A stretch of DNA of 64,000 nt from assembly GCA_030704615.1 (NCBI GenBank), contig CM060732.1, forward strand, positions 16,368,001-16,432,000, written 5' to 3'. The notes beneath the pieces were generated by a model that saw only the letters and a list, made by a program, of their open reading frames with translations, did not search any database and had not been told where the DNA came from. Numbering within the stretch: the stretch's first letter is position 1; every line of letters starts with the position of its first letter. Below are positions 47,713-58,727 of this stretch, one piece after another. The DNA is from Takakia lepidozioides. Its lineage: Eukaryota > Plantae > Bryophyta. A program made the position numbers and the translations under genes.

Positions 47713-49074
47713 ATATCCCCATGCACCTCTTGCCCTTCTCCAGGCCGGCTGCCAGGCTTGCACAAGCATTGCAAATGCACACAAACATGATGTGCTTCCC
47801 CCATCATTTGCTCAAAGCTCTCCAAAGCCTCCATCCCATGTCCTTGCCGTGCATACCCTGCAAGCATCGCACTCCACGACACCACATCTCGTTCAGCCAT
47901 AGTGTCGAACACTCCCTTTGCATCCTAGATGCACCCACATTTTGCAAACATGTTATTGTTCAGAATGACATCTGGTACAATTCCAGTTCTGAAGATGTCG
48001 TCATGGACCTCTTTCCCCTTTTCCATTTGGCACAATTCCAGCTTTGATGATATCCCCATGCACCTCTTGCCCTTCTCCAGGGCTGCCATGCTTGCACAAG
48101 CATTGCAAATGCACACAAACATGATGTGTTTCCCCCATCCTTTGTTCATAGGTCTCCAAAACCTCCATCCCACGTCCCTGCCATGCATACCTTGCAAGCA
48201 TCGCACTCCACGACACCACATCTTGTTAGCCATAGTGTCGAACACTCCCTTTGCATCCTAGATCCTAGATCCCTTTGCACCCACATTTTGCAAACATGTC
48301 CACCAGGGTATGGTTCAGAATGACATTTGGTACAATTCCAGCTCTGAAGATGTCGCCATGGACCTCTTTCCCCTTTTCCAGAGCTGCTAGGGTAGTGTTC
48401 ATAATGACATTTGGTACAATTCCAGCTTTGATGATACCCCATGCACCTCTTTGCCCTCGTCCAGGCTCGATGCACCCACATTTCGCATACATGTCCACCA
48501 GGGTATGGTTTAGACTGACATTTGGTACAATTCCAGCTCTGAAGGTGTCGCCATGGACCTCTTTCCCCTTTTCCAGAGCTGCCAGGGCAGTGTTCAAAAT
48601 GACATTTGGTACAATTCCAGCTTTGATGATAACCCCATGCACCTCTTTACCCTTGTCCAGGGCTGCCAGGCTTGCACAAACATTGCAAATGCACACAAAG
48701 TGGCCAGGCTTCACCCCCTCCCCCATCATTGGATCATAGGTCTCCAAAGCCTCCATCCCACGTCCCTGTTGTGCATACCCTGCAAGCATCGTACTCCACA
48801 ACACCACATCTCGTTCAGCCATAGTGTCGAAAACTCCCTTTGCATCCTCCAATGCATCCACATCCGGTGCAATTCCAGCTTTGACCGATGTCACCATGGA
48901 CCTCGTTCCCCTTTTCCAGGCTTGCACACGCATTTCAAACACATACAAACGCGATGTGGTTGGGCTCCACCCCTTCGCGCATCATTTGCTCACAGGTCTC
49001 CAAAGCATTCGTACCACGCCCATGCTTGGTAATCTTGCCAACATTATATTCCACGTGATCAAAGATCGTTGAGG
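47713..49074 (-). pseudogene. Tandem scrambled PLS-PPR array
   Basis: ORF 48265-48948 and neighbours repeat DAKGVFDTMAERDVVLWSTMLAGYAQQGRGMEALETY and ALEKGKEVHG..AGIVPNV.LN.TLVDM.AKCG. Confidence 0.9.
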
Positions 49075-50905
49075 TTAGCTATTTCATGAGCATGAGCGGC
49101 ATGAGCGGAGTAGCAAGACAATCGGTTTTCATGAGCAGAAGTACAAATTTCGAAAATAAAAAACATTATAAAACATTAATTTAATGCAATGTGTCAGAAA
49201 AAAAAAACAAATATATTATTCGGCACCTTGAAGGGAAAATTGTAGTTTTGAGAGTTGTGCTCATGATATTTCGTCTTCCGCTCATGTCAATTCCCAGCGA
49301 CATGTGCAAAAATGGCGCCGAATTTCACGGTAATAGGGTCCGTAACCGGAAAAAACCGCGACGTATTTCGCGGTAATAGGTCTCTCTGCCGAAAAATGGT
49401 GCCGAATTCCGCGGCTATAGGTCCCCTCATGACAGGTGTGTAAGCCCAAAATTTGGAAATGTGGTGCCGAATTTCGGTACATGGTGCCGGGGATTGCACA
49501 GATGTTGGGCAGTTCTGGGCCATGTAATTGGAAATTTGGCGCCATTTTTCCAGACATCGTTCCCGTGCATGTTCGGACTTAGCCAGTTTTTGGCCCAAAA
49601 TAGGGAAATTTGGCGCCATTTTTCCAGACACAAGGGTACTAGTGCATGTTGGGACTTAGCCAGTTTTCGGCCCAAAATAGAGAAATTCGGCGCCATTTTT
49701 CCAGAAATGGCCCCACAACTGCTTTTGTTGGATCTCAGTTTGAATGGAATATTGCCTCATTCCAGGAGTTTTGGGGTGCATTTCATTACACTGCAAAAAA
49801 AAGTCTGATACATGAAAATGCAATTGAAAATATCCATATGGAGGATTCCCTTTGCCCCATCAATGATTCCTGGAATCCCTAAGGAGGAGTTTGTGGAGCT
49901 CGTTCACGCTCAACGCCGATGCATGAATAAAGTCATCAATAGTCACGTTCATCCTCAACCTCTTCAGGTAAATGTAATACAGATGCTTGCACGGGTAATA
50001 CTTTGAACCCTTCTTTGCTTCCATCAACGAGAAGTCCATACAATTGCAAGTCGGCTCCACTCCAATCGTAATTGTGTATACATCGTCGCGTACAGCCGAG
50101 CCGGCCGTTGCCATCCGATAAACACGCCCAAGGCCGGGTGGAGGTACGTCCATGGAGCTCTGAATAGTGCAAGCCATCCCAAGAGCATTGGCAATCCGAG
50201 TCTCATTCAACTTGTTGGGAGGGTGTCGTCTCTTCACTCTTCCGAATCGCATTGTGGGATGTGCAGAATTGTCCAATCCGTCTCTACTGGACCGAGCAGT
50301 CTGCAATGGCTGGGTCTGAGGAACTGGAAATGTGTGGGCCGGGACGTCTGTGCGTTGCACCATTCGAAATCCTGCTGCAGATAGAGCATCCGCCTCATTC
50401 TGAGAGAGGCTGCAACCCGGTGCAACAGGCCAGACGCCCGGAGGCTCCGGCATTCCCTGAATCTCGTACTTGGGCTTGCCAAATACACAGGTCATTATGT
50501 CGTGCCTACAGAACCAAAACGTCTGCGTTGTGGCGTGAGCAAATGTGGGAGTAAAAAATCTGCCGCTGAAACAAGGTGCAGGTACAGCACCGTGTGGGTT
50601 CCTCCGAATCATCTCACCACATCGTGCTCTCGTATCCACCCAGATGGCGCAGCACTTCCCTCGAAATGTCGGCAATGACCTTGCAATTCTCCACTGTGAC
50701 TCCGACACTCTTGTCTCCACAATGGGAATATTGTACTGTTTTACTACAGATGGCTCGTTATGTTGCCCGGGCACGTGCCCTGTGCTCAAAGGAGATGGCG
50801 ATCTTGAACGTGCAGGACTTGCGGTGCTCGACGAGACCTCCTCGGGCAACATCACAGGACCACGAGGGAGCGTGCAAATATTCTTGTCAGCTCGCCATGA
50901 ATCCT
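49075..50905 (-). mobile_element. Family E fragment: CATGAGC end, palindrome array and SWIM gene
   Basis: GCTATTTCATGAGC at 49078; GAAATTYGGCGCCATTTTTC-type motifs at about 49309, 49392, 49456, 49531, 49605 and 49682. Confidence 0.6.
49860..50905 (-). CDS. 5'-truncated protein with a Cys-rich domain and C-terminal SWIM zinc finger
   Basis: YTITIGVEPTCNCMDF...YYPCKHLYYI matches the SWIM pattern CxC..CxH. Confidence 0.8.
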
Positions 50906-53623
50906 TTTGACATGTTACTGCCAATGTGGTCGACAGGAAAGTATCGAAAAACAGATAATAGAGATGTGGAGAAGCTCTAGAATGAATACGGTTCCGACCC
51001 CAGTCAATGGTGGAACAATCCAGGCAAAAAGGTGAATGCCTGTTGGAAGCAGACGCAAGTCAGCATATGAACTAGTGTGATAAGTAGGGTTGGGGTGTTT
51101 GCTGGAACAATTCTAGAGTGTTATTGTCAGCTGCTAGCATCAAGGCAAGGATGTATGCATGATTTGTTCAGAGGCATGGATAGCTGACGGAGCAGGGAGC
51201 AGTGTGGGTCCAGATTCATCCAAGAGGGCTGGATTTCAAGCTCCAAATCGCCTACAATTCCCTCTGGAAGCAGCACACACCTCGCACACACAAGAGGTCA
51301 TCTTGGGTGCATGGTCAGTCAAATCCTCCATGGGTCATGACACAAGGTCGAGGACAATGTGGTGTGGGCACCTTCTTCTTTGACCTATTTCAGCCTATTT
51401 TTCCCTCTCATCAGACCCAGCCCTGAATTTGCATATTGAATGCTGTAAGTTAGCTCGTTGGGTGGATGTGGGGTGGTTTGGAGTGACTTTGACAAGTTAC
51501 TGCTGATGTGGCAATAGGAAAGTACCCAAAAACAGATAACAAGATGAAGAGAAGCTTTGGGATGAACACTTTCCGACCCTAGTCAGTGGGGGGACAATGG
51601 AGACAAAAAGGTGAGTGCTTGTTCGACTACAGAGAGAAGCAGTTGCAATTCAGAATTGGAACTACTATTAAGTCCTAGGTTGAGGTATTTTTCTGGAAGA
51701 ACTTCACGCCGTCACTGTCAGCTGCTAGCAGCAAGGCTGAGGGATGTATTCATGATCTGTACATGGGCAGGGATAGCTGAGGGACCAGGGATAGAGGTCC
51801 ATATTCATGTTCAGGTTCAGGCTGAGGGATCAATAGCTAAAAGAAATCAGCTGGAGTAGATGGTCAATTGTTGTAAGTGGAAACATTAGCGGCAGCACAA
51901 TTGATAGAATGAGGTGCTGCTAATGAAGGCACCTTCCTCAACACATTTCAGCCTGTTTTTCCAAATATGGTTGGGGTGTAAGAACAAATCTAGGCTGTCA
52001 TCATCAGTTGCTAGCAGCAAGACAATGATATATGCATGATTTGTGCTGAGGCATACATAGTTGAAGGAGCAGGGATAGAGTGCGGGTGCAGATTCACCCA
52101 AGAGGGCCGGGCTTCAAGCTCCAGATTGACTCTATAGCTACAACAAACCTGCAGATGGTCAACTGGCAGCAGCGGCACAATTTATAAAATCAGACACTAC
52201 TAATGAAGGCATCTTATTCAACACATTTCACCTTGTTTTTCCCTCTAATCAGAAATGGCCCTAAATTTCCATGTTGAATTCTGCAAGTTAGCTGGTTGAG
52301 TGAATCTAGTTTGGAGTGACTTTGATATGATACTACCAATGTGACAACAGGAAAGTATCTAAAAACAAGTAGCAGAGATGAGGAGAAGTTGTGGAATGAA
52401 TACTATTCTGCCCCAATCAATGATGGGACAACCAAGGCAAAAAGATGAATGCATGTTACATTTCGTAGACTAGCAGACGCATTCAGCATAGGAACTAGTG
52501 TAAGAAGCTGAGTTGGATGTTTCCTAGAATTAATCGAGGTTGTCATTGTCAGCTACTAGCAGCGAGGCAAGGATGAATGCATGATTTGTGCAGAGGCATG
52601 TGTAGCTGAAGGAGCAAAGAGAGTGTGGGTCTAGATTCATCCAAGAGGGCCAGATTTCAAGCACAAGATTACCTATGATTCCCTGTGGATCAATAGCTAC
52701 AAGAAACCTGCATGGGTAGATGGTCTATTCCGTGGGACTCAATTTGTCACTGAGCCTTGCATTATGAGGATCACAATTGCTTGGCAGCTTACCTGCATGA
52801 GGCCTTGACCCTTAGGCAATCCCCAGAGCAGTAGTAGCTTTGGGCTACTTTTTTACTTTGGTTTTCTCATTTTGTATCATAAGCTCTTGAGCTTTCCACA
52901 GATGTAAGAAAGTACCATTTGTTTCATTTCATTTCACTTTCATTTTGTTTTGTTTCATGGCATGTCTTTCATTGTTTTCGCATTTCTAATGACATGATTA
53001 GTTCTCTTGTATGGCATTACATGCGTACTAGTTGGCTCATTACAAACACCAAAACTTCAAAGCATGAACCACTATGAGTGATTGTTCAAGTAATTTCGAG
53101 CACTTCATTTAGAGTAGTAAAGTAGTGGTTGCGCCGACTTCTGCAGTCGCAGTTGCCACTGGGCATGTAGCACTGCAAGTTATGTGGTCAACTACCACGT
53201 GGCGTCCCAGGCCCGTGGCCACGTGGCAGCAGTGCTGCTCGCCGTGGCGCCGCCACGTCGGCGTCCACATTGGCGTCCACATCGTTGTCCACATCCGCGT
53301 CCACGTCCGCGTCCATGTGTCACCGCGCTCTGGTGAGTCAGTCCACTCATCCGGAGGGAAAAGTCAAAGTTAGCCCAAAAGGTCAGACACACAGGCGGCC
53401 CGCCCGGTTACGCCACGTGGTTCTTCAGCATTAATCGCAATAATCGCTGAGCAGTTGTTCACACGTCTGCGTCCTTTACCACTCCAATCATTGGATGTCC
53501 GACCCAACTTCCACGTCTGTTGTAACTAGTCGTTTGTAACTTCTAGTCGATCCCAGTTTTTTGACTTTTACGACTCAAAATGAGTCGTTACCCCAGTAGT
53601 AAATGACACGAATGCTTCTAGTG

Positions 53624-54050
53624 CATTGACGACAGCTTTATCTTGCCCTACATTCCTCCTAAACCATTGGAAAAACACCCTAGAACTACAGCAGATTAAG
53701 ATGTCGTTGAGGACAACTTAATCTTGCCCTGCATTGAACCCAAACCATGGGAAATACACCCTAGATCTGCAGCAGATTAAGCTGTCGTTGACGACAGCTT
53801 AATCTTGCCCTACATTGAACCCAAACCATGGGAAATACACCCTAGAACTACATCAGATTAAGCTGTCGTTGACAGCTTAATCTTGCTCAGCAATGAACCC
53901 AAACCATGGGAAATACACCATAGAACTACAGCAGATTAAGCTGTCGTTGACGACAGCTTAATCTTGCCTTGCATTCAACCTAAACCATGGGAAAAACACC
54001 CTAGAACTACAGCAGATTAAGCTGTCGTTGACGACAGCTTAATCTTGCTC
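53624..54050. repeat. 81-bp tandem array (~5.5 units), each unit containing the palindrome GATTAAGCTGTCGTTGACGACAGCTTAATC
   Basis: Unit starts at 53691, 53772, 53853, 53931 and 54012; the array ends just before the splice acceptor TTTTGCAG (54084). Confidence 0.92.
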
Positions 54051-54084
54051 CTAATTTTATGTCGTAACATATGTCATTTTGCAG

Positions 54085-54645
54085 AAAAAGAGGAAGAAAG
54101 CAGGGGGAAGCCAGCATCCAGAGGAAACAGTTGTACCTCAAGACAGGGACTTAGTTGTGGATGCCAACTATGAAGCCAAGGTGCATTCTCTTTTGTACAC
54201 CACCAAGGTGAACTCGAGGAAAGTCATCAACTCTATGGAAGTGAAAGACGACACTCTATTCCTTCCTCTGTGCCAGATGATTTGTATGCCAGCAGTTCGG
54301 CCTGCCCTTCACCACGATATCAAGAAGCTACAGGGGGATTTTACCCATGGGTACTTGAAGGGTTCGGCTGTGTTTTACGTGTCAGTGACTGATATCCAGG
54401 GATCCGAGAAATTGGTGGACCTGGATATAATGACAGTTGGGACCCGCTTTGGAAAGAAGTGAATATGGAGTTTGAGATTGAGCTTTCATAGAACCCAGCA
54501 CACGTGCAGTACATGAACAAAATGTTCTTTGTCTGGGATGGCAACCACCGTTTGGCCTGGATGGAGTACATCAACATGATGTATGTGGAGAACAAAGAGT
54601 GGCACTATCGGGTTCTGTCGATGGTCCTGGATCCGGAGGGGAAGT
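54085..54645 (+). pseudogene. ParB/Srx-like exon, homologue of the 40843-41290 region
   Basis: LPLCQMICMPAVRPALHHDIKKLQGDFTHGYLKGSAVFYVSV...MFFVWDGNHRLAWMEYI..WHYRV. Frameshifted, and cut by a TGTTAGAGGG-starting insertion. Confidence 0.8.
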
Positions 54646-56097
54646 TGTTAGAGGGCTGTCTGGGACTTAGACAGTTTTACGGGTTCTGTGGGGTACCCTT
54701 AATTTTGCGCAGACTTACATACTGGGGAACTGAGTCAAGAATAGCCAGATGTGACAGGCATCTGGTGGGATCATGGTGGATGGAGAATCAAAATTTTTGA
54801 TGTGCATCAAATTCCCTGTGAAACTAAGAAAGAAAGATTGTCCAAATAATTCTCTAAGAGGTTCTTGGAATTGCCAGACGGTTGCAAGGAAAACATTCTC
54901 AAGAGAGTGCATGATGCTGATCCAGAGTGGGGTGAGTAGAAAGGAGTGATAAAGATTTATCAAGTGGCATGTAAAGGGAGAGCTAGATGGTTGCCAACAC
55001 TGGTTTATGTGATAGCGCTGCTATCCATTAAACGAGTGGAGTTTGAAGGCTGGGAGGAACGGAAAGTGAATGTTTTCACTCATATGCATGAAGAGCTTGT
55101 ACTGGTAAAGAATTGGATTCCTAACGATATCTTGTGGATCAAACTTACACCAAGAATAGCTTTTCAGACGTGTTTGCCATATGGTTATATGGTAACGGAG
55201 CCTTCTAGTATAGCCAAGGGTGCATTAAAGCTTGAAAGAAATCCAGGCATATACGAGAGATACTACAAGAGAGAGTTTTAGTTATTGCCTCATTAATGAT
55301 ATGAAAGACATGGGACATGAGTGATGAAAGGGAAGCTAGACTCCATAGATATTCAGCGAAAAGAGAAAGTTATTTGAAAGCTAATTATCCATATCTCTGG
55401 GAGAGAGGAATAGACATAGGGGAATCATCTGGACCTCTCACACCATTAAGGCTAGAGAGTATGTCACCCATACCGGAAGAACCAGATTTGGATGCCACTC
55501 CTTCTTATTCTTTACAAGAAAGATTAGGGATTTGGTACAGGAAGAAGATCAGCCACGAGGGGAAAGATCTGAGGTACATCCCTGGGTTAAAGATTAGACA
55601 GAAATCTTTGATCAGAGTTGGCATGGAACACCAAGAGCAGCAACTCCAATTTATGAAACACAAGACAAAGAAGGAGAGGAAGATGTGGCAGAGCCAACGG
55701 AGAGTTCAGACTCTCCAACACCACTTCAGTTGAGTTATATGAGTGAGGAAGAAGAAATCCAAGAGAAGAACTTGGAAGATGAAAGAGTATGAAGAAGTAG
55801 ACCCAATAGTTGAGGTTGAGACTACAACCAGGACATCCCAACCTGTTGGACCTGGATCAAGTGGAGCACTTGGATCACAGGCCAACACAGGTGTCGGCTT
55901 AGGGGGATCAGGCGGGCAGCTTGGATCTGGCTCTGGGGGGACAGGGAGTGTGGGAAGTAGTGCAACTGGAGCTGAGGGTACTGCAAGTATAGCAGGGAGT
56001 GCTCAGGGGCCAACACCTGGTGGTAGTTCTTCCGGGACTATGACCACATTTTTCCCAAGGGGCATGAGGCCAGGAAATGGCTACACTTTTCAAAGGT
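54646..56097 (+). mobile_element. Probable degenerate LTR-retrotransposon 5' region (LTR/leader and gag N-terminal-like ORFs)
   Basis: Starts with TG at the break in the ParB exon; purine-rich fragmented ORFs 55317-56099. Confidence 0.35.
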
Positions 56098-56420
56098 GAT
56101 AGGCACACCACTCTGCTATACAGATGCTCAATTCTCTGCGAGACAGCCCGCAAGCACCCCGCCGCAAAACGAAAACCCCAATTATGAGCCATTACGTTTT
56201 TGGTTGATTTGTCATTCGTTGAGAGGGAGGGATGAAAACCTAACCGCCATCCACATGTGCCATTTACCGGAGGGATGTCTTTGGAGGTTACAGTCTGGCG
56301 CTTGTCATTTCAGACTCGCCACACTGGAGCAGGTCCCAAGAACGAGAGCGTTTCCACAAAGAAAAGAGCGAGAAGACAATCTTTGTACTTCACGTCAGGC
56401 AGAGGTTGAGAGCGAGGGAG

Positions 56421-57390
56421 AGGATGAATAAAGTTAGGAGGGCGTTGAATTTGTCTAAGGGAGACAGCGAGCGCGAGGGGGAGGGATCTGTGGGCAAAGG
56501 GATGGAGAGTCGGGCAGGTAAGGAGCCCATTCTGGACAAGCAACTCGAGGAGCTGTTGGAGCTGCCTCTGTTGCAAGCGATACAGGAGGAGGAAGGTGAA
56601 AGGGAGAGCGGTGCTCCTGCGAAAGAGGAGGCAACGCAACAAAGCCCGCAGAGGGGCCTGGCGACAAGGGGGCGGCCCTCCTCCATGCAACTGTCTTTGC
56701 GCCCGTTGAAGGAGAAAGCTCAAGTGGAAAGCAGCATCGGGTTAGGAGTGGACGACACTTCCAGCGGTGGACAAAGTTTGATCCAGGTGAGTACATCAGC
56801 GCCTTGGATTTAGATCACCTTGTTCCCTGAATCGTAGCGATAATAAGAGCAGTAAGAAACGTAGATGTGAGCCCGTTTTAAGATGGCGTTGACGATAGCT
56901 TAGAACGGCATCGCATCCTGTCCGCCATTGCATGCTTAAGGATATTGAACAAGCAGATGAGAACAGGGTGATTAAGCTGTCGTCAACGACAGCTTAATCT
57001 GCCACCTCTGTGAGACATCGTGCTTGGTTCCAGGGATGTACTCTTGTTTGCCACTAGCCTAATGTTGTTTGAGGATGAGTGCAGTCGCCTGCAATGTATA
57101 CAGGATTAAGATGGCGTTGACAATACCTTAATTTGGGCCTGAAATTGTTACCTTGATTATGCTTTTTGGCAGAGACAGCGGAAGAAGGCTTGGGAGAGTC
57201 AGCGTCAGTTGTCATCCGGGGATCCTGGTGTTGAGTAGCAGACCATGTCAGACCAGGGTCATGTCGCCCAGGAGGAGGAGGTGCAGGTATTGCAGTCTCT
57301 ACGGCAGGTTGTAGCCATTGAGGAGCACTAGAAAAACACACAGGTGTCTCCACAAGCCGTGAAGGAGAAGAGTCAGGCGCAAGGCAGAAG
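56421..57390 (+). pseudogene. 5' exon, intron and second-exon start of another ParB-family gene copy
   Basis: ORF ends at a GTGAGT donor (56787). The intron holds the same GATTAAGCTGTCGT..ACGACAGCTTAATC palindrome. After TTTTTGGCAG the exon starts RQRKKAWESQ, like KKRKKAGGSQ at 54085. Confidence 0.5.
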
Positions 57391-57401
57391 GCAAGGAGGA
57401 G

Positions 57402-58410
57402 GTGGCGGGTCTTCCAGCGAAGGAAATAAGCCTGAGAACATGGGTAAAACCACCTTTTCCAATATATGCAGGAAAAGGGGATCCTGATGTACACATCAGC
57501 CAATTTGAGCACATGTGTATAGTGAACAATGAGAATGGCGAGGATGCCAAATTGAGACTGTTTCCTTATTCACTTATCAAGAAAGCAAGTGGATGGTATG
57601 CAAGGTTTCCTAATAATCATTTCCTAACCTGGAATGGCCTTAGTACATCATTCCGAAACAGGTTCAGGACAAGCAAAACTGAGGATGAAGTGTATGGGAG
57701 TTTACAACAGTTGAGGCAAAAGAAGCATGAAACTGTTGAAGAATATATATGGAAAAGATGGAGTTAATGATGAAAAAGCTGGCTACTGTACCAGCACCAG
57801 GATTACAGAAGACTTGATTTGTGAGTGGACTAAGACCCGAATTACAAAAGAAAGTGGATATGCTACCTCATAATACAATGGACTAGATATTCAAAACAGC
57901 CAACAGAATTGAGCAATTGGGAATGCTCAGGAGAGATAAGAGGGTTGATGATGACTCTGAAGATGAGTCAGACGAGGAAAAAGAGCAAGAGCTCAGGAGG
58001 AAGAGCAAGAAGAAGGAAAAGTTGAAGAGGGACAACTATGAAAAAAGATTGGAAGAAATCTTGAAAAAAGTACGCCACAGAGGCTGCAACATATTGGAGG
58101 AAGGGTGTTTGCTGTGCAAAGTGCCAAAATGAAGGCCATACCACAGCTGAATGCCACATGAAGGAGAAACACTGTACTATCTATAAAATGGATAACCACT
58201 CTACTGAGAATTAATATTACAATAGCAGGACAGCTACAAGAGAACCTAGGCAAGTGAGGGTGCATCAAGTGCAACCCCAGCCAAGAAGAAACAATGACCA
58301 GGACCACTATGGTAGGCCTGGTGGATATAACAATGGTATGGCAGGAAGAGGTAATCCAAGAGGGAATTACCAAGGCAATCCCAGAGGCAACTATCAGGGT
58401 AATCCAAGGG
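57402..58410 (+). pseudogene. Degenerate Gypsy gag
   Basis: FPIYAGKGDPDVHISQFE..LRLFPYSL..ASGWY..LTW..F..RF; knuckle CAKCQNEGHTTAEC; GNYQGNPR repeats. Confidence 0.85.
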
Positions 58411-58727
58411 CGCAGTGCTTCCTCCCGAGCCCAGCTGACTTCCTCGTCCTCCCCCCCTTCTATTGGAGGTTGCTCTTTGGTCGCCTCCGGGATCACTTCA
58501 AGACCTTCCTCTCCAAACAATGGTTGCATAATCGGGTTTTGGCGTTCGTCCTCATCTCCGCCGGAGGTTTCTTCTCCCATTCTAAGTATCCGTCTCGCCT
58601 TCCTCATCCTCTCCTTAGCGCGTACCCTTTGCTTGTTTGATGTGAAGTAAAGTGTTCTTCGACGTTTTCTTCTCCCTCGGGATGTGGTCACCGTCTCTAC
58701 AGAATCCAGGGTTGCAAGGACAATAAG

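Larger units (their letters stand above)
42762..53623. mobile_element. Second, rearranged Pack-CACTA copy (inverted relative to 20545-26979; interrupted by a solo LTR and a family E fragment)
   Basis: TIR GACACGAATGCTTCTAGTG at 53605-53623; ~51980-53623 is the reverse complement of 20545-~22150; same internal ~450-550 bp repeats and PPR cargo. Left TIR not found. Confidence 0.7.

Noticed and set aside
48265-48948. Functional PPR gene
   Set aside because: Motifs are truncated and scrambled, frameshifts flank it, there is no E/DYW domain or targeting peptide, and it lies inside a TE.
20545-53623. One giant 33-kb element with kilobase TIRs
   Set aside because: The flanks differ (AAG vs CAT), and 20545 already pairs with 26979; these are two copies in opposite orientation.
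53624-54050. CRISPR array
   Set aside because: The sequences between palindromes are themselves repeated, so it is an 81-bp tandem repeat.
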